Below are positions 1-9,300 of a stretch of 64,000 nucleotides of DNA, one piece after another. The translations under genes were made by a program, and so were the position numbers. Source of the stretch: an uncultured Acidobacteriota bacterium (GTDB lineage: Bacteria; Acidobacteriota; Thermoanaerobaculia; Multivoradales; UBA5704); contig CAVYRF010000001.1 of assembly GCA_963770895.1 (NCBI GenBank), positions 416,001 through 480,000 on the forward strand, in the 5' to 3' direction. Each line of letters opens with the position of its first letter. Positions within the stretch are counted from its first letter, which is position 1. The notes under the pieces were generated by a model. That model was not told the DNA's origin and did no database searches. It saw nothing but the letters and a program-made list of their open reading frames with translations.

Positions 1-547
1 CGTCGCGCACCAGCTCCCGTATCACCTCACGGCGCAAACGGCCGCGATGGTGCGGGCGCAGCAGGCGTACCGCCAGCAGGTCGTCGGGCTCCACGGTGGC
101 ATCGTCCAGCAGGTGCAGCGCACCGACGCCGGCAGCGGCCAGCTCGCACGCGGCCACCGCTCCCCACGGCTCGAGCCCGACCAGTAAGACCCGGGCCTGG
201 CGCAGGCCCTCGCCGGCCTCGGCGGGGGCGAGGCCGACGCCCTGGAAGAATCGCTCCTGGGCTGCGCCGGCGGCTTCGGGCTCACCGGCGGTATCCGCCG
301 CCGATTCGACGAGCCCCTTCTGGCGCAGCAGCTCGAGAAGGCCGTGCACGCTTGCCGGCGAGTAGCCGGGCAAGGCTCCGGCCACCTCGTCGAGATCGCG
401 GCTGCCGTCGAGCAGCGGCAGCAGCTGGCTGACAAAGACGCTGATATCGGGGCCGTCGAGCTGGAAGCTCCCGAGGTCCGACCGAAGGACCACCGCCTGC
501 GCCATGGGCGTGATGCTGGCGGACGGGCTCAGGCGTACCTTGCTCAT
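1..547 (-). CDS. TOMM-type RiPP maturase, N-terminal part: RRE (leader-binding) + ThiF/E1-like domain (cyclodehydratase scaffold, possibly YcaO-fused); partial, runs off window edge
   Basis: Not in the ORF track. Manual translation from ATG 547 gives MSKVRLSPSASITPMAQAVVLRSDLGSFQLDGPDISVFVSQLLPLLDGSRDLDEVAGALPGYSPASVHGLLELLRQKGLVE (RRE winged-helix pattern LLPLLDGSR...L..L...GLVE), then LRQARVLLVGLEPWGAVAACELAAAGVGALHLLDDATVEPDDL (ThiF/E1 Rossmann start). Open to position 1. Confidence 0.85.
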   Translation of the reverse strand, partial: MSKVRLSPSASITPMAQAVVLRSDLGSFQLDGPDISVFVSQLLPLLDGSRDLDEVAGALPGYSPASVHGLLELLRQKGLVESAADTAGEPEAAGAAQERFFQGVGLAPAEAGEGLRQARVLLVGLEPWGAVAACELAAAGVGALHLLDDATVEPDDLLAVRLLRPHHRGRLRREVIRELVRD

Positions 548-618
548 AGGCGGGCTCACATCCAGAATGCATTCCCCGGCCGGCGTGACCGGTAGGCTTC
601 CTGGACCGTTTCGCGGCG

Positions 619-652
619 GGCCCGCGCGCCGATCCAGGGTTGCGCGCGGGCC
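619..652. promoter_or_regulatory. GC-rich stem-loop between RiPP precursor and maturase gene
   Basis: Perfect 11-bp inverted repeat GGCCCGCGCGC (619-629) / GCGCGCGGGCC (642-652) with a 12-nt loop. No U-tract on the minus strand, so more likely an mRNA-stabilising/attenuating hairpin than a full terminator. Confidence 0.6.
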
Positions 653-682
653 GTGTTTCTCACCGTGAGGATACTTCGGACC

Positions 683-1135
683 TCACTTGGAGGACGAGCA
701 TTGAGCGCACGGGGTGCACTGGGCGCACGGCGTACATGGGGTGCACTGGGCGGCGTACTGCGTACATGGGGTGCACTGGGCGGTGCACTGCGTACATGGA
801 GTGCACTGGGTGGTGCACGGCGTACAAGCGGTGCACGGCGCGCACAGGGGGGTCGCATGGGCCTGGTAACAGGGCTGGCAATTGACGCAGTTCTGACACA
901 GCGCTTGGATGCACGAATTGCAGAGAATGCAGGCGGGAGGAGTGCATGTGAGGCACGGTGGGTGACACGGCCAGCACGCCGCTACCCAACACGGGTGCGC
1001 GACCACGCAGGGCTTCTGGGTCGCCTGCGTCAACGCGTCGACCTTATGTTGCAGGCCGTTGACCGCAGCGTGCAGCTCGGTCAGGACAACATGAAGATCC
1101 TTGGGAGGGTTTGGATCGTGGGGCTCATCGGCCAT
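683..1135 (-). CDS. Cys-rich RiPP precursor peptide (150 aa; Cys-x-x repeats)
   Basis: ATG 1135 is preceded by AGGAG (TTCAGGAGAAATCGA-ATG). A 42-aa Cys-free leader is followed by 108 aa containing 28 Cys, mostly spaced CxxC (CTP, CTQ, CAQ). It lies directly upstream of the RRE-ThiF gene. Confidence 0.8.
   Translation of the reverse strand: MADEPHDPNPPKDLHVVLTELHAAVNGLQHKVDALTQATQKPCVVAHPCWVAACWPCHPPCLTCTPPACILCNSCIQALCQNCVNCQPCYQAHATPLCAPCTACTPCTTQCTPCTQCTAQCTPCTQYAAQCTPCTPCAQCTPCAQCSSSK
711..846. repeat. Imperfect 30-bp coding tandem repeat inside the precursor core
   Basis: Units at 731-760 (cgtacatggggtgcactgggcggcgtactg), 761-790 (cgtacatggggtgcactgggcggtgcactg) and 791-820 (cgtacatggagtgcactgggtggtgcacgg), with degenerate flanks. 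Encodes about QCTAQCTPCT. Confidence 0.85.
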
Positions 1136-1282
1136 TCGATTTCTCCTGAACCACGGGTAAGTGGACGTCACACCAGCCACGCCGGCCGGGAAATGGGCAG
1201 CCTTGGGACAGTCGTATCGTGGGCTTCGGCTGTTGCCGCACAGCCGGCCCAAGGCGTTTAAAGAGCTGAAGGTAACAATCGG

Positions 1283-1311
1283 ATTATAGCAAAAGCAGCG
1301 ATACCGCTCAA
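1283..1311 (-). promoter_or_regulatory. Sigma70-type promoter for the RiPP precursor operon
   Basis: Minus strand reads TTGAGC (1311-1306) - 17 nt - TATAAT (1288-1283), with an extended -10 TGn immediately before (TTTGC-TATAAT), in an AT-rich patch of otherwise very GC-rich DNA. Confidence 0.75.
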
Positions 1312-1369
1312 GCGTGAACTTTGCAGCTTGTGGCCGGACGCACTCGGGAAAGTGCTCCTGGCGCCGCGG

Positions 1370-2836
1370 CTACGGCTTGGGCGGCAGCGATTGCGATGCG
1401 GCCTGGATGGCGCGCTCGAGCAGCTCGTCGCGGCCGGCGGCGATCCCCTGGCGGGTGGGAGCGACGGGGATCGTGGGGAGGATGCCGACGCCGTGGTGGC
1501 GCGAGCCGTCCTGTTTGTCGACCCGCATGCCCGTCCAATGGATGCGATAGCCACCGGGCAGGGTAAAGGGGTTCACGTCGCCGTTGGTGCCGGCGGTCGG
1601 GCCGCCGACGATCTCTCCCAGGTGGTAGTGCTCGACGATCCCCATGCAGCTCTCGGCGTAGCTGATGGCGCGGCCGTCGGTCACGAACACCAGGCGCGCC
1701 GTGAGCCGGACCGGGAGTGGCTCCAAGGTCCAGGCGCTTTCCCAATAGGTCACCCCCTGGCGGTCGGGGCGGATGGTGACCGGTATGCGCCAGCGCGCCG
1801 AGTGGAAGGTCTCGCCCACCAGGTGCTGCAGGAAGAGCGGCGAGAGCGTCGGATAGCCGCGAAAGTCGATCACGATGGCGCGCGCCTTCGCCAGGCGGTC
1901 GAGCGCCGCGGTGAAGTCCTGGTCCTGGATTCGCTGCACGTCGAGATACATCACGCCCGGAGCCACCTCGGCGATCGGGGCCGGGCGTCGCTCCGCGATC
2001 GCGCCGGGACCCTGGATCGGCAGCGAACGGTCGACGGTCACCGTCGCCGTCTCGCCGGTCAGGTGAGCGACCGACAGCCGCACGCTCGCCGACGGCCCCC
2101 TGAGCAGCCGCTCCACGGAGACGTACCGCAGAAACTGCGGCGTGGCAGCCGACGTCAGCTCCTGCTCGGCGGCAATCACCTCGGCTGCCGGACGGCCGTC
2201 GATCGCCGTCACGACGTCGCCGGGCTGGATGCCGGGGGCGTGCGCCGCATCGACCGCGGTCACCACCAGCTGCCCTTCGACCCAGCTCCAAGAGAGCGGC
2301 AGATGGAACGTCGCGGAGGTGGCGGAGATCAGGGTGACCAGGCCGTGGCCGTCGTGCAGCGCCGCGACCATCCGCCGCAAGGTATCGCGGAAAGCTACCG
2401 CGTCGCGATCAGTCGCGGCGCCACGCAAAGCCCGCCGCAGCTCCGCCGGCCAATCCGTCCCCGTCACGTCGAAATAGGGGTAGAAGTGCTGGAAGACATT
2501 CCAGGCCAGGATTACGTCGGCAAGCCGCGTCGCGCGATCGTCGCCCGAAGGGAAGAATCCGTCCGGCTTCTCGGGTGCCGGCGCCAGCACCCCGGCCGGC
2601 ACCTCCGGCAGCGTCCCCTTTTCATCGGCATAGAGCGTCAGCGGCACCGCCGCCGACACGCCGCCGCCCAGATCGACAGTCACCGGCTTGCCAGGCGGCG
2701 GCCAGTCGAGCGCCAGAGGCTTGCCATCCGGGTAGGTCTGCGGCCCCGTCACGTCGACGCGCTCGCTCAGGTAGAGCCCGCGCGCCACGTCCATGCCGGC
2801 ACCGACCCCGAAGTGGCGCCATCCCAGGACGCGCAC
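1370..2836 (-). CDS. S41-family (tail-specific/PDZ) peptidase, probably lacking its N-terminus
   Basis: WNVFQHFYPYF, LHDGHG, PDZ-like GIQPGDVVTAIDG, IVIDFRGYP, catalytic region AISYAES, GGPTAGTNG, HHGVGILP. No signal peptide or SD at GTG 2836. Confidence 0.8.
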   Translation of the reverse strand: MRVLGWRHFGVGAGMDVARGLYLSERVDVTGPQTYPDGKPLALDWPPPGKPVTVDLGGGVSAAVPLTLYADEKGTLPEVPAGVLAPAPEKPDGFFPSGDDRATRLADVILAWNVFQHFYPYFDVTGTDWPAELRRALRGAATDRDAVAFRDTLRRMVAALHDGHGLVTLISATSATFHLPLSWSWVEGQLVVTAVDAAHAPGIQPGDVVTAIDGRPAAEVIAAEQELTSAATPQFLRYVSVERLLRGPSASVRLSVAHLTGETATVTVDRSLPIQGPGAIAERRPAPIAEVAPGVMYLDVQRIQDQDFTAALDRLAKARAIVIDFRGYPTLSPLFLQHLVGETFHSARWRIPVTIRPDRQGVTYWESAWTLEPLPVRLTARLVFVTDGRAISYAESCMGIVEHYHLGEIVGGPTAGTNGDVNPFTLPGGYRIHWTGMRVDKQDGSRHHGVGILPTIPVAPTRQGIAAGRDELLERAIQAASQSLPPKP

Positions 2837-3003
2837 CTTTCCCGGTGGCGCGGCCAGCAGCTCCGCAGGGATGGGTCTGGGCAGGTTCGCAGAGGTTGCG
2901 CCGGGGGTGGGGCCGATGGCGGGCCGGCTCCGCTTCGGGCTCCGCTGCCGCGGACGCGAGGCCGCCCCGCCGCCGACGCTATCTGAGCGGCGGGACCGAG
3001 CGC

Positions 3004-4134
3004 ATGGAGCAATACCTGTCGGCGGCGCGGGAGCATGTCTCCCGGCGCTGCGCGGCGGATCGCGAGTGGCTCTACCGCAAACCCTTCGACGCCAATGCCG
3101 GCAATGCTGCGTTCTTCGACGAGATGTACTCGGTGATGAACCTGCTGCGGGCGATGGCCATCACGCCCGGCGGCAGGGTGCTCGAAGTCGGCAGCGGCCC
3201 CGGATGGGTGACCGAGATCCTGCTGGCGTTGGGTTATGAGGTCCATGCCCTCGAACCCAGCGAGGAGATGATCGCGATCGCCGCCGAGCGCGTCGCGGCC
3301 GCCCGCGGTCATTTCCATCTCGGCGACAGCCCGCCCGTCACCTTCCACGCCGAACCGCTCGAAACCTGCTCGCTTCCCAGCGAAGCCTATGACGCGGTGC
3401 TCTTCCATGCCTCGCTGCACCATGTCGTGGACGAAGATCGCGGCCTGGCCCAGTGTTTCCGCCTGCTGCGGCCGGGCGGCGTCCTGGGAGCGAGCGAAGG
3501 GGCCTGGATCCCCGGCGACCGCAAGCTGGAAGCCCAGCTCGACCAGGAGATGCAGCGCTTCGGCACACTCGAAAACCCCTACACCGTGGAATACCTCGAC
3601 TTCCTGCTCCGCCGCCACGGCTTCGTGGACGTTCGGCGCTACTTTGCCGTCAACGGCCTGCTGCCAGAGGCGATGGGGCGCCGCCCGGTGGCCGCGGTCG
3701 CCACCTCCCGTCCCTGGGACGGCAACAACCTGACGGCCCGCAAGCCCTCGCTCCATCGCGCCACCACCCTCGACGGCGGCACCGCCCGAACGCGCGCCCG
3801 GATCACCGTATTGGCGACCACCCTCGATCGACCCACCGGCGCCGCCCACCTCCAGGTGCGCCTGGCCAACCGCGGCGACACGGCCTGGCTGGCAAACGCT
3901 CCGCGCGTGGGTTGGGTGGCCGTCGCCCTGCGCCAGGGCGAACCGGGCAGCCCCGATCTCGTCGAGGCGGGCGGCCGCCACCCCCTGCCGCGCACCCTGG
4001 CCCCCGGCGAACAGATCGTCCTCGACCTCGACTTCCGCCTGCCTCCCGCACGCGCCGCCGGCCCCTGGCTTCTCGATCTCGTGAACGAAGGCATGTTCTG
4101 GTTCTCCGAGCGCGGCAGCCCGCCGTCCCCGTGA
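3004..4134 (+). CDS. Class I SAM-dependent methyltransferase with C-terminal Ig-like beta domain
   Basis: Motif I VLEVGSGPGW, YDAVLFHASLHH, LLRPGGVL. C-terminal VRLANRGDTAW...LPRTLAPGEQ...LDLVNEGMFWF. Start taken at ATG 3004; the ORF-track extension to 2575 overlaps the peptidase. Confidence 0.85.
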   Translation: MEQYLSAAREHVSRRCAADREWLYRKPFDANAGNAAFFDEMYSVMNLLRAMAITPGGRVLEVGSGPGWVTEILLALGYEVHALEPSEEMIAIAAERVAAARGHFHLGDSPPVTFHAEPLETCSLPSEAYDAVLFHASLHHVVDEDRGLAQCFRLLRPGGVLGASEGAWIPGDRKLEAQLDQEMQRFGTLENPYTVEYLDFLLRRHGFVDVRRYFAVNGLLPEAMGRRPVAAVATSRPWDGNNLTARKPSLHRATTLDGGTARTRARITVLATTLDRPTGAAHLQVRLANRGDTAWLANAPRVGWVAVALRQGEPGSPDLVEAGGRHPLPRTLAPGEQIVLDLDFRLPPARAAGPWLLDLVNEGMFWFSERGSPPSP

Positions 4135-4170
4135 TCTTCAACCCGCCGCCCTGAAGCAACCGCGCGCGCG

Positions 4171-6048
4171 TCAGCTACAGGGCAACGCCGCTGTGTCCTG
4201 CACCGGTGCCGCGGCGGTGCCGTCCGTGTTGGCGTAGGACTTGTGAGCGCCGGTCTGCAGGTCGGTCACCACGGCGGTGAAGCCGACGTTGGTGCCGGCG
4301 GCGTAGAACAGCCAGTATTTCTGGTTGACGCTGCAGCCGTCGATGACCTTGATCAGCATCTCCGGGTTGTCGGCGCTGAAGAACCAGAAGAGACCGCCCT
4401 GCGCAACGCCCAGGCTGTTGAGGGCGATCGCGTGGCCGTTGCCCGCGCTGCCGCCGCCCTCCGCGGTCTTGTAGCTGGCCGTGATCTGAAAACGGCCATT
4501 GATGCACAGAGTGGTGCCGTTGGCGGTACAGGTGGCGGCCTCGGGCAAGGCATCGATCGCGGTCGGCGGGGGGCTCTGCTCGGCGCTCGCGGGGCGCCGG
4601 TCGCCCGCTTCGAGGTGGGCGCTGGTCGCCGCGGCGACGTCGCCAGCGGCGGCGTCTGGAGCAGCGGGCGCGGCGTCTCCCTGGGCGTCGCACGTGAAGG
4701 CGGCGGTGTCCTGTTGCGGCGGCGCGGCGGTCTCGTCGGTGTTCTGGTAGGTCTTGGTGCGAGGAGTCTTGGTGTCCTTGACGCTGACGGTGAAGCCGAC
4801 GTTGGTGGTCGCCGAGTAGAACAGCCAGAAATGTTGGTTGACCGAGCAGCCGTTGATGACCTTGATCAGCATCTCCGGGTTGTCGGCGTCAAAGAACCAG
4901 AACAGGCCACCTTCGGTGACGCCCAGGCTGGCGAGCGGGATCGCCTGGCCGTTGCCGGCGAGCCCGCCGCTCTGCGCCGTCTTGTAGGCGACGCCGATCT
5001 GCCAGCGCTTGTCGCCCGGCTTGTCGTCGATGCACAGGGTTGTCGCCGTCGCCACGCAAGCCGCGTTGTGGGGCAGTTCCACACGGCCCACCTTGTTGCC
5101 GCTCACCTCGGTGAACCACATGTTGCCGTCGGGCCCGGCGGTGATGCCGCCCGGACTGGAGTGCGCCGTGGGCACCGGATACTCCGTGACCTTGCCGGCG
5201 GTGGTCACCATGCCGATCTGATTGGCCTCGAACTCGGTGAACCAGAGGTTGCCATCGGGTCCGGCGGTGATGAAAACGCTACCCGCCGTCGAGGTCGGCA
5301 GCGGAAACTCGGTGATCACGCCCGCCGGGGTGATGCGCCCTAGGTTGTTGCCGGAGAGCTCGGTGAACCAGACATTGCCGTCGGGGCCGAGGGTGATCCC
5401 GGTTGGCGCGGGTTGGGCGCCGGCGTCGGGTAGCGCGAACTCGTGGAAGACGCCGGCCGTCGTGAGCCGCCCGACCTTGCCGGTGTTCTGCTCGGTGAAC
5501 CAGAGGTTGCCGTCGGCTCCCACCGTGATGCCGGCGGGTCCGGCGCCGCCGGTCGGCACGGCGAACTCCTTGCACGCGCCGGCGGTCGTGATGCGTCCGA
5601 TCTTGCTACCGTTGAGCTCGGTGAACCAGAGGTTGCCGTCGGGGCCGGCCACGATGTCCGCCGGTCCGGCCTGAGAGGTGGGTACGTCGAAGAGCGTCAC
5701 GGCGCCGGCGGTCGTGATGCGTCCGATCTGATTGCCTTCGTAGGCCGCGAACCACAGATTGCCGTCGGGCCCCGCCGTGATGCCGCCCGAAACCGGGCTC
5801 GACAGCGCGCTCGCGACCGGAAACTGATTGACCACCGTGCCGGCGGTGGTGATGCGGCCGACGGCGTTGCCCTCGAGCTCGGTGAACCAGAGGTCGCCGT
5901 CCGGACCGGCGGCGATGCCGGCCGGCGACACGCCGCTCGTCGGTACCGGAAACTCGTTGATCGTGATGGCGCCGGCGGGCGCCGCCGCGAGGGTCGCCAG
6001 GATGACTGCGAACACCGCCGCACGGATGTCGTCGCTGAAGGTTGCCAT
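4171..6048 (-). CDS. Secreted Vgb-like 7-bladed beta-propeller with two tandem C-terminal Cys-containing domains
   Basis: Signal peptide (AAVFAVILATLAAAPAGA) and seven GPDGNLWFTE-type repeats. Two copies of C..TTLCI...GGLFWFF.ADNPEMLIKVI.GCSVNQ..WLFY...TNVGFT...D...P.QDTAA..C. GGAG upstream of ATG 6048. Confidence 0.85.
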   Translation of the reverse strand: MATFSDDIRAAVFAVILATLAAAPAGAITINEFPVPTSGVSPAGIAAGPDGDLWFTELEGNAVGRITTAGTVVNQFPVASALSSPVSGGITAGPDGNLWFAAYEGNQIGRITTAGAVTLFDVPTSQAGPADIVAGPDGNLWFTELNGSKIGRITTAGACKEFAVPTGGAGPAGITVGADGNLWFTEQNTGKVGRLTTAGVFHEFALPDAGAQPAPTGITLGPDGNVWFTELSGNNLGRITPAGVITEFPLPTSTAGSVFITAGPDGNLWFTEFEANQIGMVTTAGKVTEYPVPTAHSSPGGITAGPDGNMWFTEVSGNKVGRVELPHNAACVATATTLCIDDKPGDKRWQIGVAYKTAQSGGLAGNGQAIPLASLGVTEGGLFWFFDADNPEMLIKVINGCSVNQHFWLFYSATTNVGFTVSVKDTKTPRTKTYQNTDETAAPPQQDTAAFTCDAQGDAAPAAPDAAAGDVAAATSAHLEAGDRRPASAEQSPPPTAIDALPEAATCTANGTTLCINGRFQITASYKTAEGGGSAGNGHAIALNSLGVAQGGLFWFFSADNPEMLIKVIDGCSVNQKYWLFYAAGTNVGFTAVVTDLQTGAHKSYANTDGTAAAPVQDTAALPCS

Positions 6049-6319
6049 AGCGCTCGTCTCCAAGGTCCTCGTGGAGGGGAATACCTGGTTGGCGACCTCG
6101 AGAGTTCGCCGCGGTTGACGCGAAGCAACGTCAAGGTAACACACGGTGCCCGGCCCGGCGTGGCGAGGCAAAGGGTGCGCCTGCCGGCTGCGGTGATGGC
6201 GGCGAGCTGGCCGGTTTTGAAGCGGCTTCAGGACCGGAGGCTCCGCCAGCAGACGCTGCCCGCCAGCTGGTGGCCAGGTGGGCGTCGGGATCGGTGGGCT
6301 CTCGGCCTACGCTTGCGCT

Positions 6320-9300
6320 TCAGGGGCTCGCGCCGGCAGCTGGCGCCGGCGCCTGGGCCGCCTGGGCCGCGGAGATCTTGATGGTGGAGAAGGGCGAGAG
6401 GGTGAGCGTGCCGGGGTCGGCGAAGAACCAGCGCACCACCTGGCCGGCGAGGTTCGACATGCCGGCCGGGCGCGCGGCGCTGGCACGCAGGCGGGCCAGG
6501 CGCTCGACGGGATGGTCGACCGGCACGGCGTTGCCGGCGTCGTCGACGGCGAAGCCGCCGACCGCCTCGGCGAGGTCGGCGAGCGCGGTGCTGTCGGCGG
6601 AGGAGGTCTCGGGCTGGTCCCAGACGCGCACGGTGCCGTCGTTGTCGACGGTCATGACGCGCGAGCCGTCGGGGCTGAAGGTGGCTCTGGTCACCCAGCC
6701 CTGGGGGGGCGCGTGCCAGAGCGGTTCGGCGAGCTGGTGGCAGGAATCGACGTCCCAGACCTGGGCGAAGCCGTCGGCCGAGCGGGCGAGGAATCGCTGG
6801 CCGTCGGCGCTGAGCTCGGCGACGAAAGGGGTTTCGGCGACCGGGGGATAGACCTGGGAGGCGAGTTGAATGCGGCAGAGGAGCCGCCCGTTCGCGATCT
6901 CCCGCACCTCGACCTCGCCACGCCCGAGCGTGGCGATCATTCGCGTCGCGTCCTGGCTGAAGCTCAGGGTCTGGAACCCGCTGTCGAACGGCACGGAGCT
7001 GCCCGTCGGCTTGCCGCTTGGCGCGAAGAACCTGAGCACATGGTCGGCAGCGAGGATGGCGATGAGCCTGGCATGGGGGCTCCAGAGTCCCACGATTGGG
7101 TTCGCCAGCTCGACGTGGCCGACCATGCGGCCCGTTTGCGTTGCCCACACCTGGAGTCCGGACTTCGCCCAGGTGAGGACAAAGCGGCCCTCGTCGTCGA
7201 TCTCGGGTCTTTTGTCGTCAAGTTGGCGTGTCGCCGGGATCTCTTTGCCGCTGCGCGCATCCCAGCTTTGGATCTGCCAACCGACCGCCCACCAGGGCCC
7301 CAGCGCCAGGAGCCGCTCGCCGTCCGCGCTCACCTGAGCCGAGGACAGCTCTCGCACCTGAGGCACCTTGATCACCGCGCTGAGGCTGCGACCCGTCCTG
7401 GCATCCCAGGCCTGCAGGGTGTTCCGCTGCGGGTCGGCCGCGACCACGGCCAGCCGTCCATCCGCCAGCAGGTTGGCCGACAGCACCGGCAGCCCGCCAG
7501 GAGACACGACGCTGCTTTCCCCGGTCGCGAGGTCCCAGAGCCGCACGGTTCCATCCTGGGTGACGGCGATCGCCTCGGCGCCCCGGCTGCCGAACAGGGC
7601 GTAGCGGACCGGCTGCGCCAGGAGCTGCGGGCGGGCGTATCGGTCGGGGCGCATGTCCCAGATCTCGGCCGTTCCGTCATCCGCGGCGCTCACCGCCTTG
7701 CGTCCGTCGCGGCTCCAGCCGACGACGTTGACGGGACCCTTGTGCCGCAGGGCTTGCATCGCAGTTTCGCCGGTGCGGGCATCCCACAGCCACGCGGCGG
7801 AGTCGCGCGAGCCGGTCAGCACCCATCGGCCGTCCGGGCTGAAGTGCGCCGTGGACACCAGCCTGTCGTGCGGGATCGGCCGCGGCGGCGACCCGGGGGC
7901 GTCGAGGTTCCACAAACGCACGACGCGGTCGGCGCAGACGGTGAGCAGCGTGTGGTCGTCGGGACTGAACTCGGCCCAGGTGACAGGCGCCTTGTGATCG
8001 TGAGTGGAAACCACTCGCAGCGTCGTGAGGTCCGCGATCCGCACCGTACCCTGGGCGCCGACGGTGAGCAGGCGGTCGCCCCGGTGGTTGAAGGCCACCA
8101 GGGTCGCATCCTTGCCGAGAGACGAGAGCTCCCCCCGGGCGGCGCCGGCGCGCCGATCGAACAGGAGCGGTGCTTCGGCGGTCGGCAGGACGACGAGCAG
8201 CGGGGGCTCGCCGATCACGGTATTGCCGGTGGCGGCGAACCGCTTGCCGTCCGGGCTCAAGGCCGCAACATGGTAGGGAGGGGTCAGACGCTCCTGGGTT
8301 CGAGCATCCCATAGCGTGGTGCCTTCGTACGAGCTGATCATGAGCCGGTCGCCGCGCGAGCTCCACGCCACGCCGTCCACGGGAGGGTAGACCTTCATCT
8401 CGCGACCGAGGGGGGCGCCGCTCCTGCCGTCCCAGATCCGTGCCACGCCATCCTGGCAGCCGGTGAGCACCCGGTCGCCGTCGGGGCTGAACGCGGCCGA
8501 GGTCGCCGCGCCGCCATGGCGCATCACGGCCAGGGGGGCGCCGTCGCGCACCCGCCAGAGTCGCGCGGTGCCGTCAAGCGAGGCCGTCAGCAGGCGCTCC
8601 CCGTCCGGGCTGAGCTCGGCGGCGGTGACCGCCCGGTCGTGCCGCACCCTCAGCACCGGCAGCGGCCAGCTCTCGTGCAGCAGGATGCCGAGGGCGCGGT
8701 GGCGGGCGTCGTCGCTGTCCTCTGGGCGCGACCTCATGATCGAGGCGAGGTAGGCCAGAGCCTGCGCGGCGCGGCCTTTTTCGATCAGGTTTCCCGCCGA
8801 ATCGAAGAGCGCCCGCTCGGCGCGCCGCTGGGCGCTATCCGCGGCTTTCTCAGCCGCCTGGCTGTGCCGCCACAGGACGGCGGCGGCGATCGCCAAAACG
8901 ACGGTGGCGACCAGCACCCAGCCGAGCACCAGCGCCAGCTTGCGGCTGCGCGCGAGCAGGCGGCGCGTCTCGCGCTCGCGCTCGCCGGCCTGCTGCGCCA
9001 GGCGGTCGGCCTCGCGCGCGTCTTCTTCCGCCTGGCGGCGGGCCTCGCGCTGGCGGCGCAGCTCGCGGCTCTCGCCGATGACCTCGGTCAGCACGTCGTG
9101 GGTGAGCTCGACCCAGTCGACGCCGTGGCGCTCCTCGATGCGCAGCAGGCGCCGGTCGCGCAGGGTGAGCAGGGCGGCGGCCGTGACGCCCGGCACGGCG
9201 ACGGCGTTGTCCCACGCGACGCTGTCGCGGTAGCCGGAGCGGGTGAGCAGACGGTCCTCGATGAAGGTGCGCATCTCGGGGGTGAGCCCGGCCAGGCTGG

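Noticed and set aside
282-572. ORF-track 96-aa minus-strand ORF
   Set aside because: Wrong frame; the real gene starts at ATG 547 in another frame and runs off the window.
711-846. 30-bp repeats as a CRISPR array
   Set aside because: Units are directly adjacent with no unique spacers, are a multiple of 3 within a coding frame, and there are no cas genes.
955-985. CWPCH as a c-type heme-binding motif
   Set aside because: A single chance CxxCH in a Cys-x-x-rich peptide with no export signal.
653-1261. Plus-strand ORF with RTWGALGG repeats
   Set aside because: Antisense shadow of the Cys-rich precursor, which has the SD, promoter and operon context.
4171-6048. Streptogramin B resistance gene (vgb)
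   Set aside because: The fold is Vgb-like, but the protein is secreted with extra domains and I could not identify the lyase catalytic residues.
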